Of a stretch of DNA of 64,000 nucleotides, positions 19,304 through 28,891 are shown in pieces; position 1 is the stretch's first letter, and each line of letters opens with the position of its first letter. Under the pieces are notes generated by a model. The model made no database searches. It saw nothing but the letters and a program-made list of their open reading frames with translations, and was not told the DNA's origin. A program made the position numbers and the translations under genes. Origin of the DNA: Porticoccaceae bacterium (GTDB taxonomy: Bacteria; Pseudomonadota; Gammaproteobacteria; Pseudomonadales; Porticoccaceae); assembly GCA_964230135.1 (NCBI GenBank), contig CAXRFT010000015.1:12708-76707 (forward strand), written 5' to 3'.

Positions 19304-20884
19304 CTATATCCTTTGTAGACCATGGATGTGGATTTTATTGATCAACTCCCTATTCGAAGGCATGGTGGAAACAAGTTGTTGTGTTTGCTTGGCATTTTCC
19401 GAAAATAAAGCCTCCGCATCTCGACTAAATTCAGCATCACTTTTTCGATAGGTAGTGTGTGCCTGAGTGACAAATCCCATACCGTAGAGCACGTACTGAT
19501 AACTTGCTGAGGGGAACATTTCGTCCACATGAGTGGTATCGCGATGCCAGGGGCTCTGCCAACGCCACAGTTCAAGTAGTTCCACCAATGCACTGGGAAT
19601 AGAGCTGATATCGACATTGTCTCGCCAGTAATCACTGTCTGATCGCTGGCTAAGCACATAATGGAGTTTTAGGAACTCAATAATTTTGTTCCATCGATAA
19701 AGAAATTTATCATTAAATCGTGTCGCAACGGCGTCCATCACTTTTCTATTGCTGGGAAACTGTTCAGCGATCATCGCAGCGGACAATTCCACCAATACCA
19801 GAGCTGAAGCTTCCAGTGGCTCTATGAAACCTGCTGACATACCAATGGCAACACAATTTTTGTGCCAAAACTTTGCTCTGTGCCCCGGATTAAAACTAAC
19901 TTTTCTGAAGGAAGTTGATTTTGCTATCTCTTCACCGGCAGTGGCGGCAATGTAGGACTGCAGCGAGTCAGCCACCTGATCGTCTGTGGTATGCGCACTG
20001 GAATACACATGCCCAACACCACGCCGGGTCGGCAGCCCTATGTCCCACACCCAACCATAGGGCTGAGCACAAGAAATAGTACTAGAGGCAATGGGATCCG
20101 ATTCATGCCGATAAGCTACTTGAGAAGCCAACGCACTATCGTTAAATAAAAACTGTTTCTTCGAGCAAAAAGGAATATCAAAATGCTCACCCAACAGTAG
20201 TGCTCGGGTACCACTACAGTCTATGAAAAGATCACCGTGAACATCACCATGGGCATCGGTGACCAAAGAGGCAATGTCACCATTATCTTCTGAATTCACG
20301 GCGACTACGTTGGCCATCAGATGAGTCACACCCAGATTTTTTGTACAGTGCTCAGTTAATAACTGTGCAAATTTGGCGGCATTAAGGTGGTAACCGTAAT
20401 TAACATTAAAGGCGTATTCCGGTGTTGATATTTGTTTCGGTGCCAAATTTTCGAACATCAACCGATTCTGTGCCGATACCGCCTCGGCGAAAGAAACCTT
20501 ATCTCTAAAAGGCTGCCATTGCATGGCCAAATTAGTTTCAGCATAACCTCTGGGTACCGTAAACGGGTGGGTATAAGAATCACTGCTGCCGGTTTTCCAA
20601 TTTTGAAAAAGTGTGCCCTGTTTAAAGCTAGCATCGCAGGCAGTGATAAATTCAGTTTCAGAGATACCAATCTTTTTCAGCGTGGAACGCATCGACGGCC
20701 AGGTGCCTTCACCAACACCGATGGTGCTTATGTCAGGGGACTCAATGAGGATAACTTCCACTGAGGGCAGTGCTTGGTTACCGCTGGGCGCACAGTGTTC
20801 CGCAGCCAGAACCCCAGCTGTCAACCAGCCGGCAGTGCCTCCACCAACTATAACGATACGATTAATAGATTGATTTGACATCAT
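19304..20884 (-). CDS. Flavin-dependent halogenase homologue, copy 2 (divergent WxWxIP)
   Basis: Contains IVIVGGGTAGW, IGVGEGTWP, the Lys block ASFKQGTLFQNW and GFIEPLEASAL. The WxWxIP motif is degenerate (GWVWDIGL, Pro to Gly). The start is trimmed to MMSNQSINR ('cat' at 20882-20884). Confidence 0.85.
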   Translation of the reverse strand: MMSNQSINRIVIVGGGTAGWLTAGVLAAEHCAPSGNQALPSVEVILIESPDISTIGVGEGTWPSMRSTLKKIGISETEFITACDASFKQGTLFQNWKTGSSDSYTHPFTVPRGYAETNLAMQWQPFRDKVSFAEAVSAQNRLMFENLAPKQISTPEYAFNVNYGYHLNAAKFAQLLTEHCTKNLGVTHLMANVVAVNSEDNGDIASLVTDAHGDVHGDLFIDCSGTRALLLGEHFDIPFCSKKQFLFNDSALASQVAYRHESDPIASSTISCAQPYGWVWDIGLPTRRGVGHVYSSAHTTDDQVADSLQSYIAATAGEEIAKSTSFRKVSFNPGHRAKFWHKNCVAIGMSAGFIEPLEASALVLVELSAAMIAEQFPSNRKVMDAVATRFNDKFLYRWNKIIEFLKLHYVLSQRSDSDYWRDNVDISSIPSALVELLELWRWQSPWHRDTTHVDEMFPSASYQYVLYGMGFVTQAHTTYRKSDAEFSRDAEALFSENAKQTQQLVSTMPSNRELINKIHIHGLQRI

Positions 20885-21000
20885 AGTTTCACGACAACTC
20901 AGATACCTTGTATATGACCCCAACGTGATTGACACAACAAGTGCCTGCTCAATTCAAAGCCTGGTGTTAATTTCCAATATCGACTCAGTATCATACGATA

Positions 21001-21034
21001 GAAACAAAGAAGCCGCTCAAAATTAAGCGGCTTC
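21001..21034 (-). terminator. Rho-independent terminator after the TBDR gene
   Basis: A 9-bp perfect stem, GAAGCCGCT/AGCGGCTTC (21009-21017 and 21026-21034), with an 8-nt loop. On the minus strand it is followed by TTTGTTTC. Confidence 0.6.
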
Positions 21035-21059
21035 ACTGCGTGCTATAAGGTAGTGTTTC

Positions 21060-24041
21060 TTAAAAAAGTTTATACCTGATCGCCAGATCATAGCGAGCTC
21101 CGCCCTGAACTGCTTGTAGCACTTGGTCTTCTGACAGACCGTAAACGTGCGTGGTCTCCTCGGTAATATTCAAACCAGAGGCATAGATGGTTATATTTTC
21201 ATTGAGTTCATAAGTAACACCCAAATCAAGCTGACCATAAGCCTTGACGTGGGTCGGGTTAGTTGTCGTACCCTGCCCTTGACCAACACCCGCGAGAAAA
21301 TCATCCCGCCAGTTGTAAGCCAGTCTCACTGATAAACCGTCTTTATCATAAAAACCCACCAAGTTGGCCGAGTCACTTAATCCTTCGAGGACGAACTGAC
21401 CCTCGAGGGAATTCATGTAGTCGTAACCGACGTCAGCACTGGCAAAGGTAGCATTGGCGATAAACCCATAACCGCTGTCACCGAAATTGTGTTGCAGATT
21501 AATCTCGACACCATCGACACTGGCTCTCTTCTGGTTGACTGGCTCCGTAACCTGCCACAGGACGCTTGGATCACCGGGAGCTCCGTATATGGTATCTCCG
21601 TCAACGTACTCACTGTCCTGATAGTTGTCCAAAATAAATTGACCAATCTGCGTATACTGACTTGGGTCGATACCACTTTCAGCCACCGCCTGATCCCAGA
21701 GGGCACCTCCGATGATATTAGGGATGTAACCCAAGTCCCGCAGGCTGACACCAGATCCAATAAACTTGTCTACGTCCTTGTCAAAGTAGCCAACAGAAAA
21801 GTAGCTACTATCTCCGTAATACCACTCGGCGGACAGATCTATATTGGTCGATTCAATCGGTTCTAAGTCTGGGTTACCTGATGCCGCAGCTGGTGGTACC
21901 CCTGGATAGAATTGCGAGCTGTTCGCTACAAGCCCGCCTTTAATGTCGCCATAACTTGGTCGCGTCACCGTTTTACTAAAGGAGGCTCGCAAAATAACAT
22001 CATCAACCACCTCAATATCAAAATCTATCACTGGCAAGAGGAAATCGTAGTTACCCTTGGAGCCATAGACGGCGAAGCTTCCATCGGCTGATGTAACATA
22101 AAGCTCATTACCTGCCTTAGACCAGCTACTACCGGTGTATTCGGAGCTCACTGCCTCAGAGTAAACGTCGGTTTCCTCATAGCGCAAACCGACATGTAAA
22201 TTAACCGGCATATCCGAAAGTTCTGTGCTCAGATTGTAGCTAATGTAAGCCGCAGTGGATTCTTCCAGCGTGTAAATATTGTTAAAGCCATTGACATTAC
22301 TGCCTGACCACTCCGTGGATGCACAATAACCAGTACCACAATCACCCGTGGCTTCGTAGTCATCTCCACTGGCCACATAAGCAGCCTCACCAGCCGCAAT
22401 TAGATCCTCGAGTGACGCTGTGAAGAATTCAGTTTGCAGATCGGGATGGTCACTGCCTGACAATTCATCGAATTGACCATCAATGCTTGAGCGAACAACA
22501 ACATCGGCTAGATCTCCTGGATTGGTAATTCCACCCCAATTGTTTAATTGAACAAAGTTAGACACCGATCGGTTGGCAACTTCTGAGATCTGAACACCGA
22601 AATCAATACTTGCTTCATCGGAGAAATCCCACGTGCCGCTGATTTTAGTTTGCTCCAAATCCATCTTTGCAGCATCGTTGCTGAACGTACTTCCTGTAAT
22701 GATCATGTCATTCTTATACATCGGTCGATTAGCTTCACCACCGGAATTCAAATCCAACACCATCACTGGCATTTCACTACCAGTTATGATGGTCTGGCCG
22801 ACTTTGTTAAATGACGCCATAGTAATTAGCGCACTGGTTCCATAAGGCCCATTGGCACCTGTCTCTGCAGATGAGTCATGCCAATCTAAATTAAGGTTTA
22901 GTTCGTCATTGACCTGCCAGTCGAGGTTAAGACCTAGGGATTTATTAGTGTTAGTGCGTCCGTCTTCACCTGTACCCATAGCGAAATCGGCATTATCAAC
23001 CACTTCACTGTAGAAAACTGGGCTGGAAATTGGTCCCGCAGTCCACTCGCTCGATTGAGATACTGCAGCGGTATTCGAGAACCATGCTGACATGTCGCTG
23101 TAGGAGCGCTCGAGATCAAATTCAGATTGAATGTAATCCACAGTCATCGTCACCGAATCCGATGGAGCCATCTGCAACACCACCTGATTGTTTGTTCTCT
23201 CGCTTCGGTACTCGGCGATGTTGTAAGCCATCGACTGAGGAAGAGAATAATTTGAGTCAGCTGTGGTTGGCCGGTTCACTTGGTTTTCATCATTTGCAAG
23301 CTTTGCATCCTTCGAACCACTGGGAAGAATGTCGTCACCGGGTCGGGTGTACCATCCGCCTACACTGGCTCCATTAACGCCGTTATTGCGCTCTTGACGG
23401 CTAGCAATAATAGCTATACCGATAGTGTCGTCAGCAAAAGTATCCATGTAGATGCCAGAGAATTCAGGGGTATATTCATCGCCGGCTCGGGTCGAAGTAT
23501 CGTTTACTGCCTTGATACCAAAACTTGCGGTGGCATCCGCTTCCAGTGGTTTTGGCGTGGAAATATTAATAGTGGAACCCACACCCCCAGACGGAACATC
23601 TGCTCGCCCTGTTTTGTAGACCTGAACACCGGCCACGCCCTCTGAGGCCAGATCACCAAAATCGAAAGATCGGCTTTCACCGTAGTGAGTCGGCATTTGA
23701 CGGCCGTTTAGGGTTACTAGATTGTATTCAGGTCCAAATCCTCGCACCGTAACCTGACTACCTTCACCGCGTTGCCGTGAGATAGAAACACCGGTGATTC
23801 TCTGAAGAGACTCAGCTAGGTTAGCATCAGGGAACTTACCAATATCTTCAGCGGAGATCGCATCAACGACCCCGGTGGAATCTCTCTTGATATCCATTGA
23901 TTGCTTGAGACTGGCGCGAATACCGCCTTGTACAATTATTTCCTCTATGACAGCACCGCCTTCCTGGGCAAGCGCGGGTGTCGAAACACCTACCAATGCC
24001 AGAGCTACGCTAGATGAAAGCAAACTTTTTCTGAATACCAT
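21060..24041 (-). CDS. TonB-dependent outer-membrane receptor (about 993 aa)
   Basis: Signal peptide MVFRKSLLSSSVALALVGVSTPALAQ, then the TonB-box/plug region IEEIIVQGGIRASL...DAISAEDIGKFPD.NLAESLQRITGV. The C-terminus is aromatic (RYKLF). The start is trimmed ('cat' at 24039-24041). Confidence 0.9.
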   Translation of the reverse strand: MVFRKSLLSSSVALALVGVSTPALAQEGGAVIEEIIVQGGIRASLKQSMDIKRDSTGVVDAISAEDIGKFPDANLAESLQRITGVSISRQRGEGSQVTVRGFGPEYNLVTLNGRQMPTHYGESRSFDFGDLASEGVAGVQVYKTGRADVPSGGVGSTINISTPKPLEADATASFGIKAVNDTSTRAGDEYTPEFSGIYMDTFADDTIGIAIIASRQERNNGVNGASVGGWYTRPGDDILPSGSKDAKLANDENQVNRPTTADSNYSLPQSMAYNIAEYRSERTNNQVVLQMAPSDSVTMTVDYIQSEFDLERSYSDMSAWFSNTAAVSQSSEWTAGPISSPVFYSEVVDNADFAMGTGEDGRTNTNKSLGLNLDWQVNDELNLNLDWHDSSAETGANGPYGTSALITMASFNKVGQTIITGSEMPVMVLDLNSGGEANRPMYKNDMIITGSTFSNDAAKMDLEQTKISGTWDFSDEASIDFGVQISEVANRSVSNFVQLNNWGGITNPGDLADVVVRSSIDGQFDELSGSDHPDLQTEFFTASLEDLIAAGEAAYVASGDDYEATGDCGTGYCASTEWSGSNVNGFNNIYTLEESTAAYISYNLSTELSDMPVNLHVGLRYEETDVYSEAVSSEYTGSSWSKAGNELYVTSADGSFAVYGSKGNYDFLLPVIDFDIEVVDDVILRASFSKTVTRPSYGDIKGGLVANSSQFYPGVPPAAASGNPDLEPIESTNIDLSAEWYYGDSSYFSVGYFDKDVDKFIGSGVSLRDLGYIPNIIGGALWDQAVAESGIDPSQYTQIGQFILDNYQDSEYVDGDTIYGAPGDPSVLWQVTEPVNQKRASVDGVEINLQHNFGDSGYGFIANATFASADVGYDYMNSLEGQFVLEGLSDSANLVGFYDKDGLSVRLAYNWRDDFLAGVGQGQGTTTNPTHVKAYGQLDLGVTYELNENITIYASGLNITEETTHVYGLSEDQVLQAVQGGARYDLAIRYKLF

Positions 24042-24636
24042 GTTATGACCCCTGAGATTTATGTTCGAACTACTTATTATGTGTAAGGTCTTCGGCGGCA
24101 TTAACAACTCAAGCTCGTTTGTGCCGCAAATTTGACCCGATTGTAAGAGTAAAACACTAGGCTCCGTCAAACCCCCAGTTTGAGATTAAAGGCACTAAAT
24201 ATGAGATAAAGTGGCGTATTTTTCACCGAAGTGTAAAAATACACCGGATTGCCAAATAACCGCCACTGAAATTGTTAAGAATAACAGCGGTATGAAGAAT
24301 TTTTAACCTTGTTTGAAGAGATTAGGCGTCCCGACCAAAATCTTCTTCAATGCCTGTTTTATGCCTCTCAGAGCCGAAACGCGAGCAAGATTGGACAACA
24401 ATGATAACTTTGAAATCGGCAACTAACCGTTATTAGGTGCAGTTTACTCAACAAGAGCTGCCAACTGTCTCAGACCCTAAAAGCTGTCGGTCGCTGAGCT
24501 GATCAGGTTAAGTGGAGAATAGTTTCAATAAATCAACTAACATTAACGATTTATAGCTTAAAAAATACATCGGGCCACTTTTATTAGCAGCATCCTAAAT
24601 TATTTCTCATTTATAATTAATCCTTAAAATTGCCGA

Positions 24637-27339
24637 GTGAAAACAATGAGAAGATCAATATTTAATGGAGCAGAAAGCGACTCGGACCCTTCAGAAACAA
24701 GAGAATGGGTCGATGCCATGAAGGCTCTCACGTCGGTTCAAGGAGCGGAAAGAGCACAGTATATTATGGCTCAACTAGAAGAGGTTATCCGCAATAAAAG
24801 TTTTACTGCAAGCGGCAGGCCCTTTTCGGCGTATCGCAACTCCATCCCGGTTGAGCAGCAGGGGGCCTATCCTGGTGATCTTGAACTAGAACAGCGAATC
24901 ACATCAATTAATCGATGGAACGCACTGGCAATGGTAATGCGAGCGAACAAGGCCTACGGAGGTTTAGGCGGGCACATCGCCAGTTATGCCTCCGCCGCTG
25001 AAATATTTGAAACAGGGTTTAATCATTTCTTTCGCGCAGGCACAGAGTCTCACGGTGGTGATCTAGTATACTTCCAACCGCATTCAGCACCAGGAATCTA
25101 TGCCCGTGCCTTTTTGGAAGGTCGCTTGTCGGAAAAACAACTCGCTAACTATCGTCAAGAAATCAGCGGTCATGGACTCTGCTCCTATCCTCATCCTTGG
25201 CTAATGCCTGATTTTTGGCAGTTCCCCACCGGCTCAATGGGGATAGGACCCATCAACGCGATCTATCAGGCGCGCTACATGCGCTATCTGCAGGATCGGG
25301 GACTAACTGAAACAAAGGATCGTCATGTTTGGGGAGTCTTTGGCGACGGTGAAATGGATGAACCAGAGTCTATCGCCGGCTTAACCTTGGCAGCACGCGA
25401 GGGATTAGATAACTGCACGTTTATAATAAACTGTAATCTGCAACGTCTTGATGGACCGGTGCGCGGCAATGGACAAATTATACAAGAGTTGGAGAGCCTG
25501 TTCATTGGCGCCGGCTGGAATGTATTAAAAGTTCTGTGGGGTTCTGAATGGGATGCTCTGTTCGCAAGAGATTCCGAGCAAGTTTTACTGCGACGGTTCG
25601 CCGAAACCGTCGACGGTGAGTATCAAGATCTTGGATCAAAAGACGGTGACTACAATCGCAATAAATTTTTTGATGCAGATCCAGCGTCGGCAGCACTGGT
25701 TGCTCACATGACAGATACTGAGATTAATAAATTGACTCGTGGTGGTCACGACCTGCGCAAACTTCACGCCGCATTTACCTCAGCACTAAGGCATAAAGGC
25801 AAACCTACGGTGATTCTAGCGAAAACAAAAAAGGGCTTTGGCATGGGCGGCGCCGGAGAGAGCCGCATGACGTCGCATCAAGCAAAGAGCCTAGATATGG
25901 ATGCGCTCTGCGCTTTTCGTGATCGCTTCAAAATACCGTTGAGCGACCGAGATTTAGAGGATTTAAACTTTTATCACCCAGGAAAAAATAGTGCTGAACT
26001 CCACTATTTACAACAAAAACGTCAAGATCTGGGTGGCCCAGTGCCAAAGAGAAGAACATCTTCAAACCCGTTGTCGGCACCAGGGGAGACAATTACCATT
26101 CCAAGCGCTGCAGCTTATGCAAAATTTGCCCTACAAGCAGAAGAAAAATCCATGTCCACCACCATGGCCGCGGTTCGCATGCTGAGCGGCCTACTCAAAG
26201 ATAAAAATCTTGGGCCCAGAGTAGTTCCCATCGTCGCCGACGAGGCCCGAACATTTGGCATGGACAATTTATTTCGACAAGTGGGCATATACTCACCAAT
26301 GGGGCAGACATACCGACCAGAGGACGCCGATGCCATGCTCTACTATAAGGAGGCAGTGAACGGGCAACTTCTGGAAGAGGGTATCAATGAGGCGGGAGCC
26401 CTCTCCTCTTGGGCTGCAGCCGCGACCTCCTACTCAGTGCATAACCAACCCATGCTGCCATTTTATATCTACTATTCCATGTTTGGGTTTCAGCGTGTTG
26501 GAGACTTAATCTGGGCCGCCGCAGACCAGCGAGCACGAGGATTTTTACTGGGCGCTACAGCGGGAAGAACGACATTGTCAGGAGAGGGCTTGCAGCATCA
26601 AGATGGCAGTAGTCAACTCATAGCATCCACGGTCCCTAATTGTCGAGCCTATGATCCGGCCTATGCCTATGAAGTCGCAGTTATCATGCACCATGGTATG
26701 GAACAGATGATGGAACATCAGGTTGATGAGTTCTATTACATTACGCTAATGAATGAAAATAGCGCACAACCAAGCTTGCCAGAAAATGTCTCTGAGGGAA
26801 TTATTAAAGGTCTTTACAAAATCCAAAGCCATGGTGAAACTAATAGTCCGATGAGTGTTCGCCTATTGGGATCTGGGACCATATTGAAGGAAGTAATCGC
26901 AGCCGCTGACCTTCTTTATCGTGACTATGGAATCAGCAGTGAGGTTTTCAGCGCCACCAGTTTTTCAGAACTTGCTCGCCAAGCTCGCATGCTAGAGCGA
27001 CAGAATCGCTTGATGCTATCCTCAACTGAAGAGAGTCACATCGAAAAATGTTTGCCTGGCGACAATCCAATTATCGCCGCCACGGACTATGTTGTTGCCT
27101 TACCTCAATTAATCGCACCCTATGTATCCGCGCGCTTCGTGGCCTTGGGTACCGATGGGTTTGGTCGCAGTGATCAACGGGCAGTACTGCGAGACTTTTT
27201 TGAAGTGGATAGCAAGCATATTGTCATCGCAGCCATTGAGTCCCTGGTCAGGATCCAACAGGTGGATAGGGAAGTTTTGAAAAAAGCATTGAATGATCTT
27301 TCAATTACAGCATCAGCTGTGCCTCCCTGGCTACGTTAA
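24637..27339 (+). CDS. aceE: Pyruvate dehydrogenase E1 component, homodimeric type (AceE family), with no E2/E3 genes adjacent
   Basis: About 897-900 aa. The N-terminus is DPSETREWVDAMKAL, and the ThDP motif FGDGEMDEPESIAGL is present. It appears collinear with AceE throughout. The start is GTG at 24637 or ATG at 24646. Confidence 0.88.
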   Translation: MKTMRRSIFNGAESDSDPSETREWVDAMKALTSVQGAERAQYIMAQLEEVIRNKSFTASGRPFSAYRNSIPVEQQGAYPGDLELEQRITSINRWNALAMVMRANKAYGGLGGHIASYASAAEIFETGFNHFFRAGTESHGGDLVYFQPHSAPGIYARAFLEGRLSEKQLANYRQEISGHGLCSYPHPWLMPDFWQFPTGSMGIGPINAIYQARYMRYLQDRGLTETKDRHVWGVFGDGEMDEPESIAGLTLAAREGLDNCTFIINCNLQRLDGPVRGNGQIIQELESLFIGAGWNVLKVLWGSEWDALFARDSEQVLLRRFAETVDGEYQDLGSKDGDYNRNKFFDADPASAALVAHMTDTEINKLTRGGHDLRKLHAAFTSALRHKGKPTVILAKTKKGFGMGGAGESRMTSHQAKSLDMDALCAFRDRFKIPLSDRDLEDLNFYHPGKNSAELHYLQQKRQDLGGPVPKRRTSSNPLSAPGETITIPSAAAYAKFALQAEEKSMSTTMAAVRMLSGLLKDKNLGPRVVPIVADEARTFGMDNLFRQVGIYSPMGQTYRPEDADAMLYYKEAVNGQLLEEGINEAGALSSWAAAATSYSVHNQPMLPFYIYYSMFGFQRVGDLIWAAADQRARGFLLGATAGRTTLSGEGLQHQDGSSQLIASTVPNCRAYDPAYAYEVAVIMHHGMEQMMEHQVDEFYYITLMNENSAQPSLPENVSEGIIKGLYKIQSHGETNSPMSVRLLGSGTILKEVIAAADLLYRDYGISSEVFSATSFSELARQARMLERQNRLMLSSTEESHIEKCLPGDNPIIAATDYVVALPQLIAPYVSARFVALGTDGFGRSDQRAVLRDFFEVDSKHIVIAAIESLVRIQQVDREVLKKALNDLSITASAVPPWLR

Positions 27340-27497
27340 TACTCCGCAGAACTGTTGCGGCCCTTGCTCACGTAAAATAGCCATGGCTGTGCTGAATATT
27401 CGCCGTACATAGCTATACCTGACAACCAATCTTTTTTATACTTCGCGCACGCAAAAACCGCGTGTTTCGAAAACCTTGATCCCCTTGTAAGGAAAAT

Positions 27498-28271
27498 ATG
27501 GCAAAGTTAATCAGCGAGACGGTGACCAGTGTTCACCATTGGAATGACACTCTATTTAGCTTCAAAACCACTCGAGATGCAGGTTTTAGATTTAAAAACG
27601 GGCACTTCGTGATGATCGGCCTCGAGCACGAGGGCAGACCTCTGATGCGAGCTTATTCAATTGCCAGCGCAAACTATGAGGATGAACTAGAGTTTCTTAG
27701 CATCAAGGTACAGAACGGTCCGCTTACCTCGAAACTTCAGCATCTCCAGCCAGGCGATAAAATCCTCTTGGGTAAAAAACCAACAGGGACACTCGTCACC
27801 GACCAAATGCTGCCGGGAAAACATCTGTACCTAATTGGCACCGGTACGGGTCTAGCACCCTTTATGAGTATTATCAAAGATCCTGAGGTATACGAGCAGT
27901 TTGACAAAATTATTCTCGCTCACGGTGTTCGCTATATCTCTGAATTAGCCTACAAAGACTACATTGAAAAAGAATTACCCGACCACGAATATTTCGGGGA
28001 GTTTGTAAAACAGAAACTCATCTATTATCCACTGGTCACCAGAGAACCCTTTAAAAATACTGGTCGCATCACCGAGGTAATGACCTGTGGCAAACTCTTT
28101 ATCGATCTAAAGCTGCCCCTACCTAACGTCCAAGATGATAGGTTCATGTTGTGCGGCAGCCCCAGCATGCTAAAAGATATGTGCCAAATTTTGGATGATC
28201 GAGGATTTTCTGAAGCACGCAACAGCCAGATGGGCGAATATGTCATTGAACGCGCATTTGTTGAGAAATGA
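27498..28271 (+). CDS. fpr: Ferredoxin-NADP+ reductase (bacterial Fpr type)
   Basis: 257 aa with V.SV.HWNDTLFSF...RD.GFRF.NG.F.MIGL, RAYSIAS (FAD RxYS motif), GTGLAPF (NADP motif) and MLCGSPSM. Confidence 0.9.
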   Translation: MAKLISETVTSVHHWNDTLFSFKTTRDAGFRFKNGHFVMIGLEHEGRPLMRAYSIASANYEDELEFLSIKVQNGPLTSKLQHLQPGDKILLGKKPTGTLVTDQMLPGKHLYLIGTGTGLAPFMSIIKDPEVYEQFDKIILAHGVRYISELAYKDYIEKELPDHEYFGEFVKQKLIYYPLVTREPFKNTGRITEVMTCGKLFIDLKLPLPNVQDDRFMLCGSPSMLKDMCQILDDRGFSEARNSQMGEYVIERAFVEK

Positions 28272-28286
28272 CAAATTTTTGCGCAT

Positions 28287-28320
28287 AAAAAAGGCCGCTA
28301 TAGCGACCTTCTTTGTTTTT
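28287..28320. terminator. Probable bidirectional terminator between fpr and azurin
   Basis: The hairpin AAGGCCGC-tata-GCGACCTT has one mismatch. It is flanked by an A-run upstream and CTTTGTTTTT downstream. Confidence 0.5.
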
Positions 28321-28330
28321 CTGACTCCGC

Positions 28331-28783
28331 TCAGGGCGCGAGGTTAAACACGCCGCGCATACTGTAGGAATGCCCGGGAAACGAGCAAAAGAAGGTATAA
28401 GCCTCACCACTCGCAAGTCCCTCAGTGGAAAACGTCAGGCTTGTTTTCTCTCCGCCACCAATGACCGCCGAATAAGCTAGAACCCGATCATCACCAGGTG
28501 GCACATAGCTGGCGGCAAGACCTGCGCTCATCCCTGCTGTTGCGAGAGCCTGCACATCGGCAGTTTTTGATAAGACCCAATTGTGCCCCATAATCTTCGC
28601 CGGCAACTTACCACTATGGATGAGGTTCACAGTGACTGACTCGCAACTCTTCTCCGCTGTCATTTCAGTGGAACTAAATTTCAAATAATCACCAACTTCC
28701 ACATCGAAGGAACAGGCCGCCTGAGCCAAATGAGCAAAAGCAAACACAACTGTAAACACCGAAAGTTTCAAAACATTTTTCAT
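28331..28783 (-). CDS. azu: Azurin (blue copper protein)
   Basis: The mature part AACSFDVEV...KSCESVTVNL.HSG.LP...MGHNWVLS...FFCSFPGHSYSMRG aligns with P. aeruginosa azurin, including the Cu ligands (His in MGHNWV, and Cys, His, Met in CSFPGHSYSM). The start is trimmed to MKNVLKLSVF ('cat' at 28781-28783). Confidence 0.92.
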   Translation of the reverse strand: MKNVLKLSVFTVVFAFAHLAQAACSFDVEVGDYLKFSSTEMTAEKSCESVTVNLIHSGKLPAKIMGHNWVLSKTADVQALATAGMSAGLAASYVPPGDDRVLAYSAVIGGGEKTSLTFSTEGLASGEAYTFFCSFPGHSYSMRGVFNLAP

Positions 28784-28891
28784 AATCACTCCACAAATCA
28801 ACTCACTAAAATAGTAGGTAACACTACGCAATCCACTCGTCCATAGATCCACAGAAGGATCAAATAGTTGACAGCCATCAATAACCCTTTA

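Noticed and set aside
15970-20884. The two 'tryptophan halogenase' genes as a halogenated natural-product biosynthetic cluster
   Set aside because: The locus has no NRPS, PKS, carrier protein, tryptophan-pathway gene, flavin reductase or export gene. The arrangement is the TBDR-associated type, so I report it as a system of unknown function rather than a BGC.
24494-24515. A TPP-riboswitch-like string (CUGAGCUGAUCAGGUUAAGUGG) upstream of the ThDP-dependent aceE
   Set aside because: There is only a superficial resemblance to the CUGAGA / ACCUGAUCUGG elements. The conserved GGGG...ACCC pairing partners are absent, and the core is simply a CTGATCAG palindrome.
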